In this document: piece by piece, positions 40,429 through 50,847 of the stretch
Layout of the letters: each line of letters begins with the position of its first letter
How positions within the stretch are numbered: position 1 is the stretch's first letter
From: Alphaproteobacteria bacterium
GTDB lineage: Bacteria > Pseudomonadota > Alphaproteobacteria > UBA828
Assembly (NCBI GenBank): GCA_965214705.1
Contig: OZ243972.1
Span: 2,016,001-2,080,000, forward strand
Direction of reading: 5' to 3'
Length of the DNA stretch: 64,000 nt
Notes under the pieces: model-generated
The model's database searches: none
Seen by the model: the letters and a program-made list of their open reading frames with translations, nothing else
What the model was told of the DNA's origin: nothing
Translations under genes and position numbers: made by a program

Positions 40429-41823
40429 TTAGCCGTAATAGCCGCCGTCCTCCATCAGCCGCCTGGTGCGGTCGTCCATGGCCTTGAGTGCGGACTCGAT
40501 ATCCTTCTCGCCGTTGACGAAGTCGGCGCACTCCTCGCCCATGAGCGCCTGGATGGCGTTCGCCTCCGGGATCTGCATGAGATAGGGCACCGTGTACGGG
40601 AAGGCGCGATAGAGGCCCGCGAGGAAGTTGTGGTCCTGATTGCGCGCCAGGATCGAGGCGCGCGCCGGCTGCGCGCCCGCCGCAACCTTGGCGTCGCCGA
40701 TCGCGGGATCGGTGTAATCGCCCGAGTTGAAGTACTGCATCCAGGCGAACGCGGCCTCCTTGTTCTCCCCGCCCGAATTGATGAACTGGCCGAGCCCGCC
40801 CATTTGCGGCTTGTGGCCGCTGCCCTCGCTCTGGCCCTTGGGCGGCAGATCGACATGGATCACCTCGTGGAACTCGGTGAAGCCCGGATCGTTCAGCACC
40901 GCCGTGCCCCAGTTCAGCGGGCCATAGACCGACGTGCCATTGGCCATGGACTTGTTCACTTCGTCCTCGGTGGCGTTGGCACTGACCGGATGGGCGTACT
41001 TCATGAGCTGCTCAATGACGCGCATCGCTTCGTAGCCCGCGTCGGTCGCGAAGGCCGGGTTCCAGCCGCCCGGCTCCATCTTGTCGAACCACCAGCCGCC
41101 GCAGGTCGCGTGCACGCCCCAGAACACGGTGCCGGCCCAGGCGCCGCGCTGGAAGCAGGAGACGAAGCCGTACTGGTCCTGATCCGGCGCGTGCAGCTCC
41201 TGCGCCGCGCTGATCGCGTCGTCCCAGTTCATCGGCAGCGCGATGCCGGCGGCATCGAAGACGTCCTTGCGGTAGAAGGTCGTCATGACGTTGCCATCGT
41301 CGGTGAGCCCGTGCAGCTCGCCGTCGCCCGACGGAATGCGATAGAGGTCGCTGACCTGCTTCGGCACGTCGGTGAGGTAGTCGTCGCGCCAGCCGGGATC
41401 CTTGGCCAGGTGATCCTCGATCGAATCCATGGCACCGGTGGCGTGGATGGCGGGGAAGCGCCCCCAGTCGATATAGGTGCAGTCGAAGTCCGCCGACTTG
41501 ACCGCCATGCGCGCGATCACGGTCTGGAAGAAGTCCGAGATCGGCTGCCCGGCGAAGTTCACCTCGACGTTGGGATAAACCTTGTTGAAGAGCGGCTGCA
41601 CCGCCCGCTGGGTGTCGCCCCAGCGCTTGCCCTCGGCGAAATAGAGGGTGATCTGGCCGCCCACGTCGGCGAAGACCTCCTTAGGCTGATAGGTCGCCGC
41701 GATGGCGCCGACCGCCGCCGCCGTGCTCGCTTGCAGGAACCGGCGCCGGGTCAGCCAATTCTTGCGATCGGCCGCAACCTGCGCCTCGATGGATTGCCGC
41801 GCCTCATGATCACGATCGTTCAT
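40429..41823 (-). CDS. Tat-exported sugar-type ABC substrate-binding protein
   Basis: TRRRFL twin-arginine signal; FYRKDVF, PMNWDD, NKEAAFAWM. Confidence 0.85.
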   Translation of the reverse strand: MNDRDHEARQSIEAQVAADRKNWLTRRRFLQASTAAAVGAIAATYQPKEVFADVGGQITLYFAEGKRWGDTQRAVQPLFNKVYPNVEVNFAGQPISDFFQTVIARMAVKSADFDCTYIDWGRFPAIHATGAMDSIEDHLAKDPGWRDDYLTDVPKQVSDLYRIPSGDGELHGLTDDGNVMTTFYRKDVFDAAGIALPMNWDDAISAAQELHAPDQDQYGFVSCFQRGAWAGTVFWGVHATCGGWWFDKMEPGGWNPAFATDAGYEAMRVIEQLMKYAHPVSANATEDEVNKSMANGTSVYGPLNWGTAVLNDPGFTEFHEVIHVDLPPKGQSEGSGHKPQMGGLGQFINSGGENKEAAFAWMQYFNSGDYTDPAIGDAKVAAGAQPARASILARNQDHNFLAGLYRAFPYTVPYLMQIPEANAIQALMGEECADFVNGEKDIESALKAMDDRTRRLMEDGGYYG

Positions 41824-42053
41824 GATCCGCACTCCCTGGTTCTCGGTTATCGAGTTTCTTGTGCCGGGAGGCGCTCTCGGCGTCCTTCGCGACGCCGTTC
41901 AACCGGAATGACGTAAAACGGCTCTCCCGGCTTGATGGCTGGAACCGTAGCACGGGGCGCGGGAAGGTGGCGAGCGCACAGGGCCGCCTACCAATTGCGA
42001 CCCGAGAGCCACCGTGTACCATCTGCGCCGCCAAGGGTGAGTGGAGGGGGAGT

Positions 42054-43481
42054 GTGACGAGACCATCTGCGCAGGCAGACGCTGCGACCGGCGCGACGCG
42101 CCGGCTCGGGCGCTGGGTCGCCGAGGCGCCGCGCATGTGGAGCGAGGACGCAGAGCGCCGGGCCGCGAGCGCCTTCGTGGACACGGTCGCCTGCATGCTG
42201 GCGGGCGCGGACGATCCGGCCCCGCGCGCGGCCCATGCCGGCGTCGCACGCTGGGGCGCGGGCGGCGCGACGGTCGCGGGGACGGCCGTCGCCGGTACGC
42301 CGCACCGGCTTGCCGCCCCCTGGGCCGCGCTGGTCAACGGCACGGCGGCCCATGCGCTGGACTACGACGACATCCTGGAGATCAGCAACGCCCATGTCAG
42401 CGCGGTACTGGTGCCCGCCCTGCTCGCACTCGGGCAAGAGCGGGACGCCGACGGTGCGGCCTGCGTGGACGCCTTCATCGTGGGCGTCGAGGTCATGGCC
42501 CGGCTCGGCGAAGCGCTCAACACGGCCCACTACTTCAGGGGCTGGCACACCACGTCGACGTTGGGCGCGCCCGCCGCTGCCGCCGCCTGCGCCCGGCTGC
42601 TCCGCCTCGATGCGGCGAGAACGACCGCCGTGCTCAGCCTCGCCACCAGCCTCGCCTCCGGCAGCAAGCGGCAGTTCGGCACCATGGCGAAGCCGCTCCA
42701 CGCCGGACTCGCGGCCAAGAACGGGATCATGGCGGCGGCCCTCGCCGAGTCCGGCGTCACCGCCGCGGCGGACGCCTACGAGGGCGCGCGCGGCTTCGCC
42801 GACCTCTTCGCCGGCGTGCCGCGCGAGCGAATGGAGGCGGCGGTCGCGGATTTCAGCGTGCCGCCCGCGATCGAGCGCCACGGCCTATGGCAGAAGGTCT
42901 ACCCTTGTTGCGGCAGCGTCCATCGCCCCCTCGATGCCCTGCTCGATATGCGGGGGGACGGCGCTTTGCGGCCGCAGGCGGTGACCGCGATCGACGCGCT
43001 GGTGGCGGAGATCGAGACGCATAACCTGCCCTACACCGCGCCCGCCGATGCCATGCAGGCGCGCTTCAGCCTGCCCTACCTGCTGGCGAGCGCGCTGGTC
43101 GACGGCCGGCTCGCGCTCGACGCCTTCGCCGGCGATGCGCTGGCGCGGCCGGACGTGCGCACGCTGATCCCCAGGATCCGCATGCGCCCGGACCCGGATC
43201 AGCCCGGCGGTGCCAACGCCGGCGCGGTGACGCTGCGGGCGACGGTCACGGTGCGGCTCGCGAGCGGGGATGAGCGCTCGCGCACGGTGCAGGAGCCGAG
43301 GGGCCATCCGTGCCGGCCGCTCGGCCGCGACGCACTCCGCGCCAAGTTCGTGGACTGCGCGGCGCGCGCTTTGCCGGCGGCGGAACACGAGGCTGCCTTC
43401 GAGGCGCTGGACGGTCTCGCCGGCGCGCGCAGCCTGGATGCGGTCGCCACTCAACTGGGAGCGGGACATGCCCAAGGCTGA
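42054..43481 (+). CDS. MmgE/PrpD family protein
   Basis: NGTAAHALDYDD, GWHTT, KPLHAG, KVYPCC, ARFSLPY. Confidence 0.9.
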   Translation: MTRPSAQADAATGATRRLGRWVAEAPRMWSEDAERRAASAFVDTVACMLAGADDPAPRAAHAGVARWGAGGATVAGTAVAGTPHRLAAPWAALVNGTAAHALDYDDILEISNAHVSAVLVPALLALGQERDADGAACVDAFIVGVEVMARLGEALNTAHYFRGWHTTSTLGAPAAAAACARLLRLDAARTTAVLSLATSLASGSKRQFGTMAKPLHAGLAAKNGIMAAALAESGVTAAADAYEGARGFADLFAGVPRERMEAAVADFSVPPAIERHGLWQKVYPCCGSVHRPLDALLDMRGDGALRPQAVTAIDALVAEIETHNLPYTAPADAMQARFSLPYLLASALVDGRLALDAFAGDALARPDVRTLIPRIRMRPDPDQPGGANAGAVTLRATVTVRLASGDERSRTVQEPRGHPCRPLGRDALRAKFVDCAARALPAAEHEAAFEALDGLAGARSLDAVATQLGAGHAQG

Positions 43482-44481
43482 AATGGGAGCGGCCGATGCT
43501 GTCGCCTTCACCCAGGCGGCCACGGTGTTCGACTGCCTCGGGCTCTTCTACGTGCTGGACGAGCCCTACGCGACCCGCTGCCTGGAAGCCGGCGTCAATA
43601 TCTGCAACGTGACCTTCGCGCTGGAGAGCACCTGGGACCAGACCATGAGCGCGGTGGACGAGGGTTTTGGCAAGATCGAGGCCAGCCCCGTGCTCGCGCT
43701 TGCCCGCAATCGGGCGGAGATCGAGGCGGCGCTGGCGGCCGGCCGGCTCGCGGTGGTGCCCGGCACCCAAGGCTCCAGCATGATCGGCAAGGAGCTCGCG
43801 CGCGTGGGCGTCCTCGCGCGCCTCGGCTTCCGCTTCTTCGGCCTCGCCTACACCGGCGCCACCCTCTTCGCCGACGGCTGCGGCGAAAAGCGCGACGCGG
43901 GCCTCAGCTTCCTCGGCGAGGAGCTGATCGCGGCGGTGAACGAGACGCCCATGATCCTCGACCTCTCTCACACGGGCCACCGCTCCCGCGCCGAGGCGGT
44001 GCCGCTCGCCCGCGCGCCGGTCTGCACCCATTCCAACGCCTGGCACCACGTGCCCAACGACCGCAACACCAAGGACGAGACGGTGCGCGCCATCGTCGCC
44101 AAGGGCGGCATGATGGGCGCCTGCTGCCTGCCGCTCTCGGTGAGCCCGGCGGACCAGACCCTCGACCACTTGGTCGACCACATCGACCACTTCAAGGCGC
44201 TGGTGGGCTGTGAGCACGTCGGTATCGGTCTCGACTTCACCGAGGCCTACCAGGAAGCCAAGACCGTGCTGCCGGAATCGGTCCGCTGGCGCACGCTCCG
44301 CCCCGACATCTTCGGTCCGGTCGAGGCCTTCGTGACTCAAAGCTATCCGGAAGGCCTGAGCGGAATCGCCGAGTTGCCCAACCTCGCGGGGCGCCTGTTC
44401 GAGCGCGGCTACGGCGAGGACGAGGTGGCCGGAATCCTCGGGGCAAACTGGCTCCGCACGTTCACGAAATTTGTCGGCTAA
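43468..44481 (+). CDS. membrane dipeptidase family (peptidase M19) amidohydrolase
   Basis: DLSH, THSN, RN, HVGIGLDF, ILGANWLR. Confidence 0.85.
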   Translation: MPKAEMGAADAVAFTQAATVFDCLGLFYVLDEPYATRCLEAGVNICNVTFALESTWDQTMSAVDEGFGKIEASPVLALARNRAEIEAALAAGRLAVVPGTQGSSMIGKELARVGVLARLGFRFFGLAYTGATLFADGCGEKRDAGLSFLGEELIAAVNETPMILDLSHTGHRSRAEAVPLARAPVCTHSNAWHHVPNDRNTKDETVRAIVAKGGMMGACCLPLSVSPADQTLDHLVDHIDHFKALVGCEHVGIGLDFTEAYQEAKTVLPESVRWRTLRPDIFGPVEAFVTQSYPEGLSGIAELPNLAGRLFERGYGEDEVAGILGANWLRTFTKFVG

Positions 44482-44506
44482 ACTCTGTGCACGGCGCCCT
44501 CAACTC

Positions 44507-44590
44507 GTCATGGCCGGATTTATTCCGGCCATCCACGTCTCGCCGCCGCACCGGGTTGACATGGATGCCCGGATCAAGTCCGGGCATGAC
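44507..44590. repeat. alphaproteobacterial REP-like palindrome pair (GTCATG..CATGAC type)
   Basis: gtcatggccggatttattccggccatcca ... tggatgcccggatcaagtccgggcatgac between convergent genes. Confidence 0.75.
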
Positions 44591-44604
44591 GACGTAGTGG
44601 CGGT

Positions 44605-45678
44605 TCAGCCCCGCGCAGCGCTGGCCTGGGCCGGGCGTTCGGGCTGCTTGAAGCGGGGCATGACCTCCTCGGCGAAGAGCCGCATGTTGCGCAGCACCTT
44701 CTCCTGCGGCATGCCGCCGAAGCCCATGAAGTTCATGAGCTGCCCGACGCCGCCCTCGTCCCGCATCCAGCGGACCTTCTCGGCGACCGCATCGGGCGTG
44801 CCGAACATGCCGAGGTTGTCGTAGACCTCCTCGAAGGGCACCACGTCGAGCCATTCCAGGATGTCGTTGTAGTTCGCGTATTGCGCGGCGACCTTGCTGC
44901 GGTCGCGCTCGCCCCAGATCTTGGCGGCGGTGCGGATGTACCACATGACACAGTTCTCGATGTCGGCCTTCACCGCCGCGTCGCTCTCGCCGACGTAGAC
45001 GAACTCGTTGTGGGTCATGCGCAGGTCGGTGCGGCCGGACTGGGCGCAAAGCCGGTGCCACACGTCGAAGTAGTTGGTCTTTAGGGTCTCGTAGGGGCAG
45101 AGGTAAGGGCCGATCAGGCCGTTGATGCCCCGGTCGATGACCTTCTGCACGGTGTAGTCGCTGAGCGCCGCCTGCCAGAGCGGCGGGTGCGGCTTGGTCA
45201 AGGGCTTGGGCAGGACCTCGATCTCGGGGAAGCGCCAGAACCGGCCCTCGTAGGCGAAGCGCTCCTCGGTCCAGGCGCGCCTGAGGATGTCGAGGGCCTC
45301 GCTGAAGCGCTGCTCGGCCTCGTCCATCGGCACGTCGAAGCCTTTGAACTCGGCCGGCTGGTTGCCGCGCCCGATCCCGACGTCGACCCTGCCGCCGGAG
45401 AGGTGATCGAGCGTGGCCCAGTCCTCCGCCACGCGCAGCGGGTGCTGAAACGGCAGGACCACGACCGCCGTGCTGATGCGGATGCGGGAGGTGCGCTCGA
45501 TCGCCTGGGCCGCGAGCACCGGCACCGCCGCTCGGCCGTACTGGCTGAAGTGGTGCTCGGTGAACCAGACCGCGTCGTAGCCGAGCTCTTCGGCGACCTC
45601 GACCTGCTCGATGAGCGTCTCGAAGGGCTCGGGATCGCTCTCGCGGACCGCCGGCACGAGAATCAGCGAGAATTCCAT
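44605..45678 (-). CDS. LLM-class flavin-dependent oxidoreductase (luciferase-like)
   Basis: WFTEHHF, HPLRVAED..LDHLSGGR, GIGRG, FGTPDAV. Confidence 0.92.
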   Translation of the reverse strand: MEFSLILVPAVRESDPEPFETLIEQVEVAEELGYDAVWFTEHHFSQYGRAAVPVLAAQAIERTSRIRISTAVVVLPFQHPLRVAEDWATLDHLSGGRVDVGIGRGNQPAEFKGFDVPMDEAEQRFSEALDILRRAWTEERFAYEGRFWRFPEIEVLPKPLTKPHPPLWQAALSDYTVQKVIDRGINGLIGPYLCPYETLKTNYFDVWHRLCAQSGRTDLRMTHNEFVYVGESDAAVKADIENCVMWYIRTAAKIWGERDRSKVAAQYANYNDILEWLDVVPFEEVYDNLGMFGTPDAVAEKVRWMRDEGGVGQLMNFMGFGGMPQEKVLRNMRLFAEEVMPRFKQPERPAQASAARG

Positions 45679-45800
45679 GAACGCCTCCCGGATTCGGTGC
45701 TGCCGCGCACCTTACGCGGTTGACCCGCCGCCCCCTTGTGCCTAGATGCCAGGAGAGCGGCCGCGCTGCCCGGCAGAGCATGGCGATGCGCGTCGCCTGA

Positions 45801-46910
<1,110 letters not shown>

Positions 46911-46983
46911 TCCCCCTCCCATTTGCGGGGCCCGCAGCGGCCGCCGCGTGTATACTCCCGAACCCAGACAGGGAAGCATCGCG

Positions 46984-48132
46984 ATGACCGTGGACGGACC
47001 GCTCAACGGCGTCACCGTAATCGACCTGACGCGCGTGCTCGCCGGGCCATACTGCACCCTGGTGCTGGCCGATCTCGGCGCCCGCGTGATCAAGGTGGAG
47101 ACGCCGGGCGGCGGCGACGATTCCCGCGCCTTCGGCCCCTTCGTGGGCGGAAAATCCGCCTACTTCATGTCGATCAACCGCGGCAAGGAGAGTATCTCCC
47201 TCAACCTCAAGGACGACGGCGACCGCGCGGTCTTCGAGGAGCTGCTGGCGGACGCCGACGTGGTGATCGAGAACTTCCGCGCCGGCACCATGGAGCGCCT
47301 CGGCTACGGCTGGGAGGCGTTGCACGAACGCTACCCGCGCCTGATCTACGCGGCCTGTTCGGGCTTCGGCCACACCGGGCCCTACGCCGGCCGGCCGGCC
47401 TACGACGTAGTGGTGCAGGCCATGGGCGGCATCATGAGCCTGACCGGCCAGCCCGGCGGGCCGCCCGCGCGGGTGGGAAGCTCCGTCGGCGATATCGTGG
47501 CCGGGCTGTTCACGGCGATCGGCATCAACGGCGCGCTCTACCGGCGGACCATGACGGGCGAGGGCGTGAAGCTCGACGTTTCCATGCTGGATTGCCAGGT
47601 GGCGATCCTGGAGAACGCGCTCGCGCGCTACTTCGCCTCGGGCGAGGTGCCGGGGCCGCTGGGCACGCGCCACCCCTCGATCACGCCGTTCCAGGCCTAC
47701 GCGACCGCCGACGGGTACGTGGTCATCTCCGCCGGCAACAACACGCTGTTCGCGACGCTTTGCAACGCGTTGGAAAGGCCCGACCTCGCCGAAGACCCGC
47801 GCTTCGTCGACAACCCCGCGCGCAACGCCAACATTGACGCGCTGGAGCAGGAGTTCGAGGCGATTCTGACGGCGCAGCCGACGGCGCACTGGCTCACGGT
47901 GCTGGAAGAGGCGGGCGTGCCGTGCTCGCCGATCAACCGGGTGGATGACGTGCTTGCCGACCCGCAGGTCGCGGCACGCAACATGGTGATCCGGGCCCAG
48001 GACCCGGTCGCAGGGGAGGTGCAGATGGCAGGCAATCCGATCAAGCTCTCGGGCTATCCCGACCCGACCGAACGGCCGCCCGCGCCGGAGCTCGACCAGC
48101 ACCGGCAGGCGATCGTCGACGGAGACCAGTGA
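46984..48132 (+). CDS. family III CoA transferase (CaiB/BaiF)
   Basis: AGPYC, LADLGARVIKVE, NRGKES, ENFRAG, SGFGHTGP. Confidence 0.93.
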   Translation: MTVDGPLNGVTVIDLTRVLAGPYCTLVLADLGARVIKVETPGGGDDSRAFGPFVGGKSAYFMSINRGKESISLNLKDDGDRAVFEELLADADVVIENFRAGTMERLGYGWEALHERYPRLIYAACSGFGHTGPYAGRPAYDVVVQAMGGIMSLTGQPGGPPARVGSSVGDIVAGLFTAIGINGALYRRTMTGEGVKLDVSMLDCQVAILENALARYFASGEVPGPLGTRHPSITPFQAYATADGYVVISAGNNTLFATLCNALERPDLAEDPRFVDNPARNANIDALEQEFEAILTAQPTAHWLTVLEEAGVPCSPINRVDDVLADPQVAARNMVIRAQDPVAGEVQMAGNPIKLSGYPDPTERPPAPELDQHRQAIVDGDQ

Positions 48133-50579
48133 TGCGCGCCGCGGCCTTTGACAGGGCAGGTCGGCGGCAGGGCATCACATTCAGGCGGCTTCGACCGTAC
48201 TGCGCGGCGGCCGGCGCGCTGGCGCTGCTCGGCGTGCTGCTCGCGGCGGGCTCTTGCTCCTGGTTCGCGCTCCCCTCCTACGACGACGCCGAGGAGGTCT
48301 CCGGCCTCGATGCGCCGGTGGAGGTGGTCCGCGACGCCCATGCGATCCCCCACATCTATGCCCAGTCGCCCAGGGACGGCGCCTTCGCCATGGGCTACGT
48401 CCACGCGCAGGACCGGCTCTGGCAGCTTGAGCTGCAGCGCAGGATCGGCCAGGCGCGGCTCGCGGCGGTGGTGGGCGAGCCCGGCATCGAGACCGACAGG
48501 TTCCTGCGCACGCTGGGCCTCTACCGCGTCGCCGAGCGCAACTTCGAGAAGCTGGAGCCCGAGGTGCAGGCGATCTACGAGGCCTATGCCGCCGGCGTGA
48601 ACGCCTATCTGGAGACCCGCTCCGAGATGTTGCCGCCCGAGTTCGTCCTGCTCGGCCACGAGCCCGAGCCCTGGCGGCCGGCTGACAGCCTGGTCTGGCT
48701 CAAGATCATGGCCTGGGACCTGGGCGACAACTTCAGCGACGAGCTGCTGCGCGCGCGCCTCGCCGGCAAGCTCGACCGGGCACAGCTGCAGGACCTCTGG
48801 GCCCAGCATCCGGACGATCCGCCCATGGGGCCGCATGGCGAGGCGCCGGCCTTCGACCCCGCCGGCATCGATTACGCGGCGCTGGATGCGGCCGTGGACG
48901 GCGCCGTGCCGGCGCTGCGTGCCTCCGGCCTCGGCTCCAATGCGTGGGTGCTGAGCGGCGCGCACACGGAATCCGGCAAGCCGCTGCTGGCGAACGACCC
49001 GCACCTGCGGCTGGAGATCCCGAGCGTCTGGTACCTCGCCCACGTCTCGACGCCCGAGTTCGAGGTCGTGGGCGCGACGCTGCCGGGGCTGCCCTTTCCG
49101 CTGCTGGGCCGCACCCAGCATCTCGCCTGGGGCTTCACCAACACCGGGCCGGACGTGCAGGACCTCTTCATCGAGCGGCTCGACCCCGAGGACTCCGCGC
49201 GCTACCTCGCGCCGGAGGGGAGCCTCGCCTTCGACGTCCGCACCGAGACCATCGAGGTGAGCGGCGGCGATCCCATCGAGCTCACGGTGCGCGAGACGCG
49301 CCACGGGCCGGTGGTCTCCGACGTGCTGGAGGATACCGAGGAGTACCTGGAGGCGGGCCACGAGCTCGCGTTCTCCTGGACCGCGCTGGCGGACGACGAC
49401 AAGAGCGCCGAGGCGCTGGTGAATGCCACCGGGGCGGAGGACTGGGAGAGCTTCGTCGAGGCGGTGAGCGACCTCAGCGTGCCGCAGCAGACCATGGTCT
49501 TCGCGGACGCCGACGGCAACATCGGCTACGTGGCGCCGGGCCACGTGCCGATCCGCGCCTCGGGCCAGGGCCACATGCCGGTGCCGGGCTGGACCGGCGA
49601 GCACGACTGGGTGGACCGCGTGCCCATCGATGCGCTGCCGGGGGACCACAACCCGCCGTCGGGCCGCATCGTCACCGCCAACAATCGGATGGTCGCCCCC
49701 GACTATCCCTATTACCTGACCGACGACTGGACCCCGCCCTACCGCGCGCAGCGGATCGAGGCGCTGCTCGACGCCCGGCCCAAGCACGACGTGGCGAGTT
49801 TTTCGGCGATCCAGCAGGACCTGGTCTCGCTCGCTGCGGCGCGGCTCACGCCGGTGCTGCTGGGGCTCGCCGAGCCCTCGAACGACACCATGCGCACCGC
49901 GCTCGCCATGCTCGGCGATTGGGACCACGGCATGCAGCCGGATCGCACGGAGCCGCTCATCTACATGGCGTGGGTCCGGGAGCTGATGCACGTGCTCTTC
50001 GCCGACGAGCTGGGCGACGTGTTCGAGGACTACTGGAAGATCCGCACCGAGGTGATCCACCGCGCGCTCGGCGAGCGCCAGGCGTGGTGCGACGACGTGA
50101 GCACCGCAGGCGCGCAGGAGACCTGCGCAGACGCCGTGAGCCGGGCGCTCAAGGTCTCGCTCGAATACCTCGCCGTCACCTACGGCCACGACATGGAGGA
50201 CTGGCGCTGGGGCGAGGCCCACGCGGTCCACATGAAGAGCCGCATCCTGGGCGAGGTGCCGGCCATCGGCTCCTGGTTCGAGGTCAACATGCCGACGGGC
50301 GGCGAGAAGGAGACGGTGAAGGCCGGCGGCTTCGACGTGGACGACCCGGAGCGCCCGTTCGCGCAGAACCACGGCGCGGGCTACCGCGCGGTCTACGATC
50401 TTGCGGAGCCCGAGAACTCGGTCTTCGTCATCAGCACGGGGCAGTCCGGCAACCCGCTCTCGTCCTACTACGAGGACTACGCTGAGCCCTGGCGTGACGG
50501 GGAATACCTGCCCATGCTCACCGACCGCGCGGCCGTGGAGGAGGACGCGCTGGGGACGCTGGTTCTAAACCCGAGGTAA
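48132..50579 (+). CDS. penicillin acylase family Ntn-hydrolase
   Basis: GYVHAQDRLWQ, beta-chain start G|SNAW, LANDPHL, TANN, GQSGNP. Confidence 0.93.
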   Translation: MRAAAFDRAGRRQGITFRRLRPYCAAAGALALLGVLLAAGSCSWFALPSYDDAEEVSGLDAPVEVVRDAHAIPHIYAQSPRDGAFAMGYVHAQDRLWQLELQRRIGQARLAAVVGEPGIETDRFLRTLGLYRVAERNFEKLEPEVQAIYEAYAAGVNAYLETRSEMLPPEFVLLGHEPEPWRPADSLVWLKIMAWDLGDNFSDELLRARLAGKLDRAQLQDLWAQHPDDPPMGPHGEAPAFDPAGIDYAALDAAVDGAVPALRASGLGSNAWVLSGAHTESGKPLLANDPHLRLEIPSVWYLAHVSTPEFEVVGATLPGLPFPLLGRTQHLAWGFTNTGPDVQDLFIERLDPEDSARYLAPEGSLAFDVRTETIEVSGGDPIELTVRETRHGPVVSDVLEDTEEYLEAGHELAFSWTALADDDKSAEALVNATGAEDWESFVEAVSDLSVPQQTMVFADADGNIGYVAPGHVPIRASGQGHMPVPGWTGEHDWVDRVPIDALPGDHNPPSGRIVTANNRMVAPDYPYYLTDDWTPPYRAQRIEALLDARPKHDVASFSAIQQDLVSLAAARLTPVLLGLAEPSNDTMRTALAMLGDWDHGMQPDRTEPLIYMAWVRELMHVLFADELGDVFEDYWKIRTEVIHRALGERQAWCDDVSTAGAQETCADAVSRALKVSLEYLAVTYGHDMEDWRWGEAHAVHMKSRILGEVPAIGSWFEVNMPTGGEKETVKAGGFDVDDPERPFAQNHGAGYRAVYDLAEPENSVFVISTGQSGNPLSSYYEDYAEPWRDGEYLPMLTDRAAVEEDALGTLVLNPR

Positions 50580-50847
50580 CTACCCAGGTACCCCGCCGCC
50601 AGATCTGAGTGCGTGCTGATGTTGGTCGCCGCCGGTGCCGTTTGGCCGTCGGCGCATCGATGATCTGCCCCTTGACTGTATAGGCGCGCTCGCCTATGGG
50701 TTGCTCTCTCGCATGAGAGGAGCAGCCGGTGGGGTATTTCGGATCGAAGGCGACGACCGGTCTGAGCCAGGCGCTGATTGCGCTGATGCCCCCGCACTCT
50801 GTCTATATCGAGAGCCACTTGGGGGGCGGGGCGCTGATGAAGCGCAA

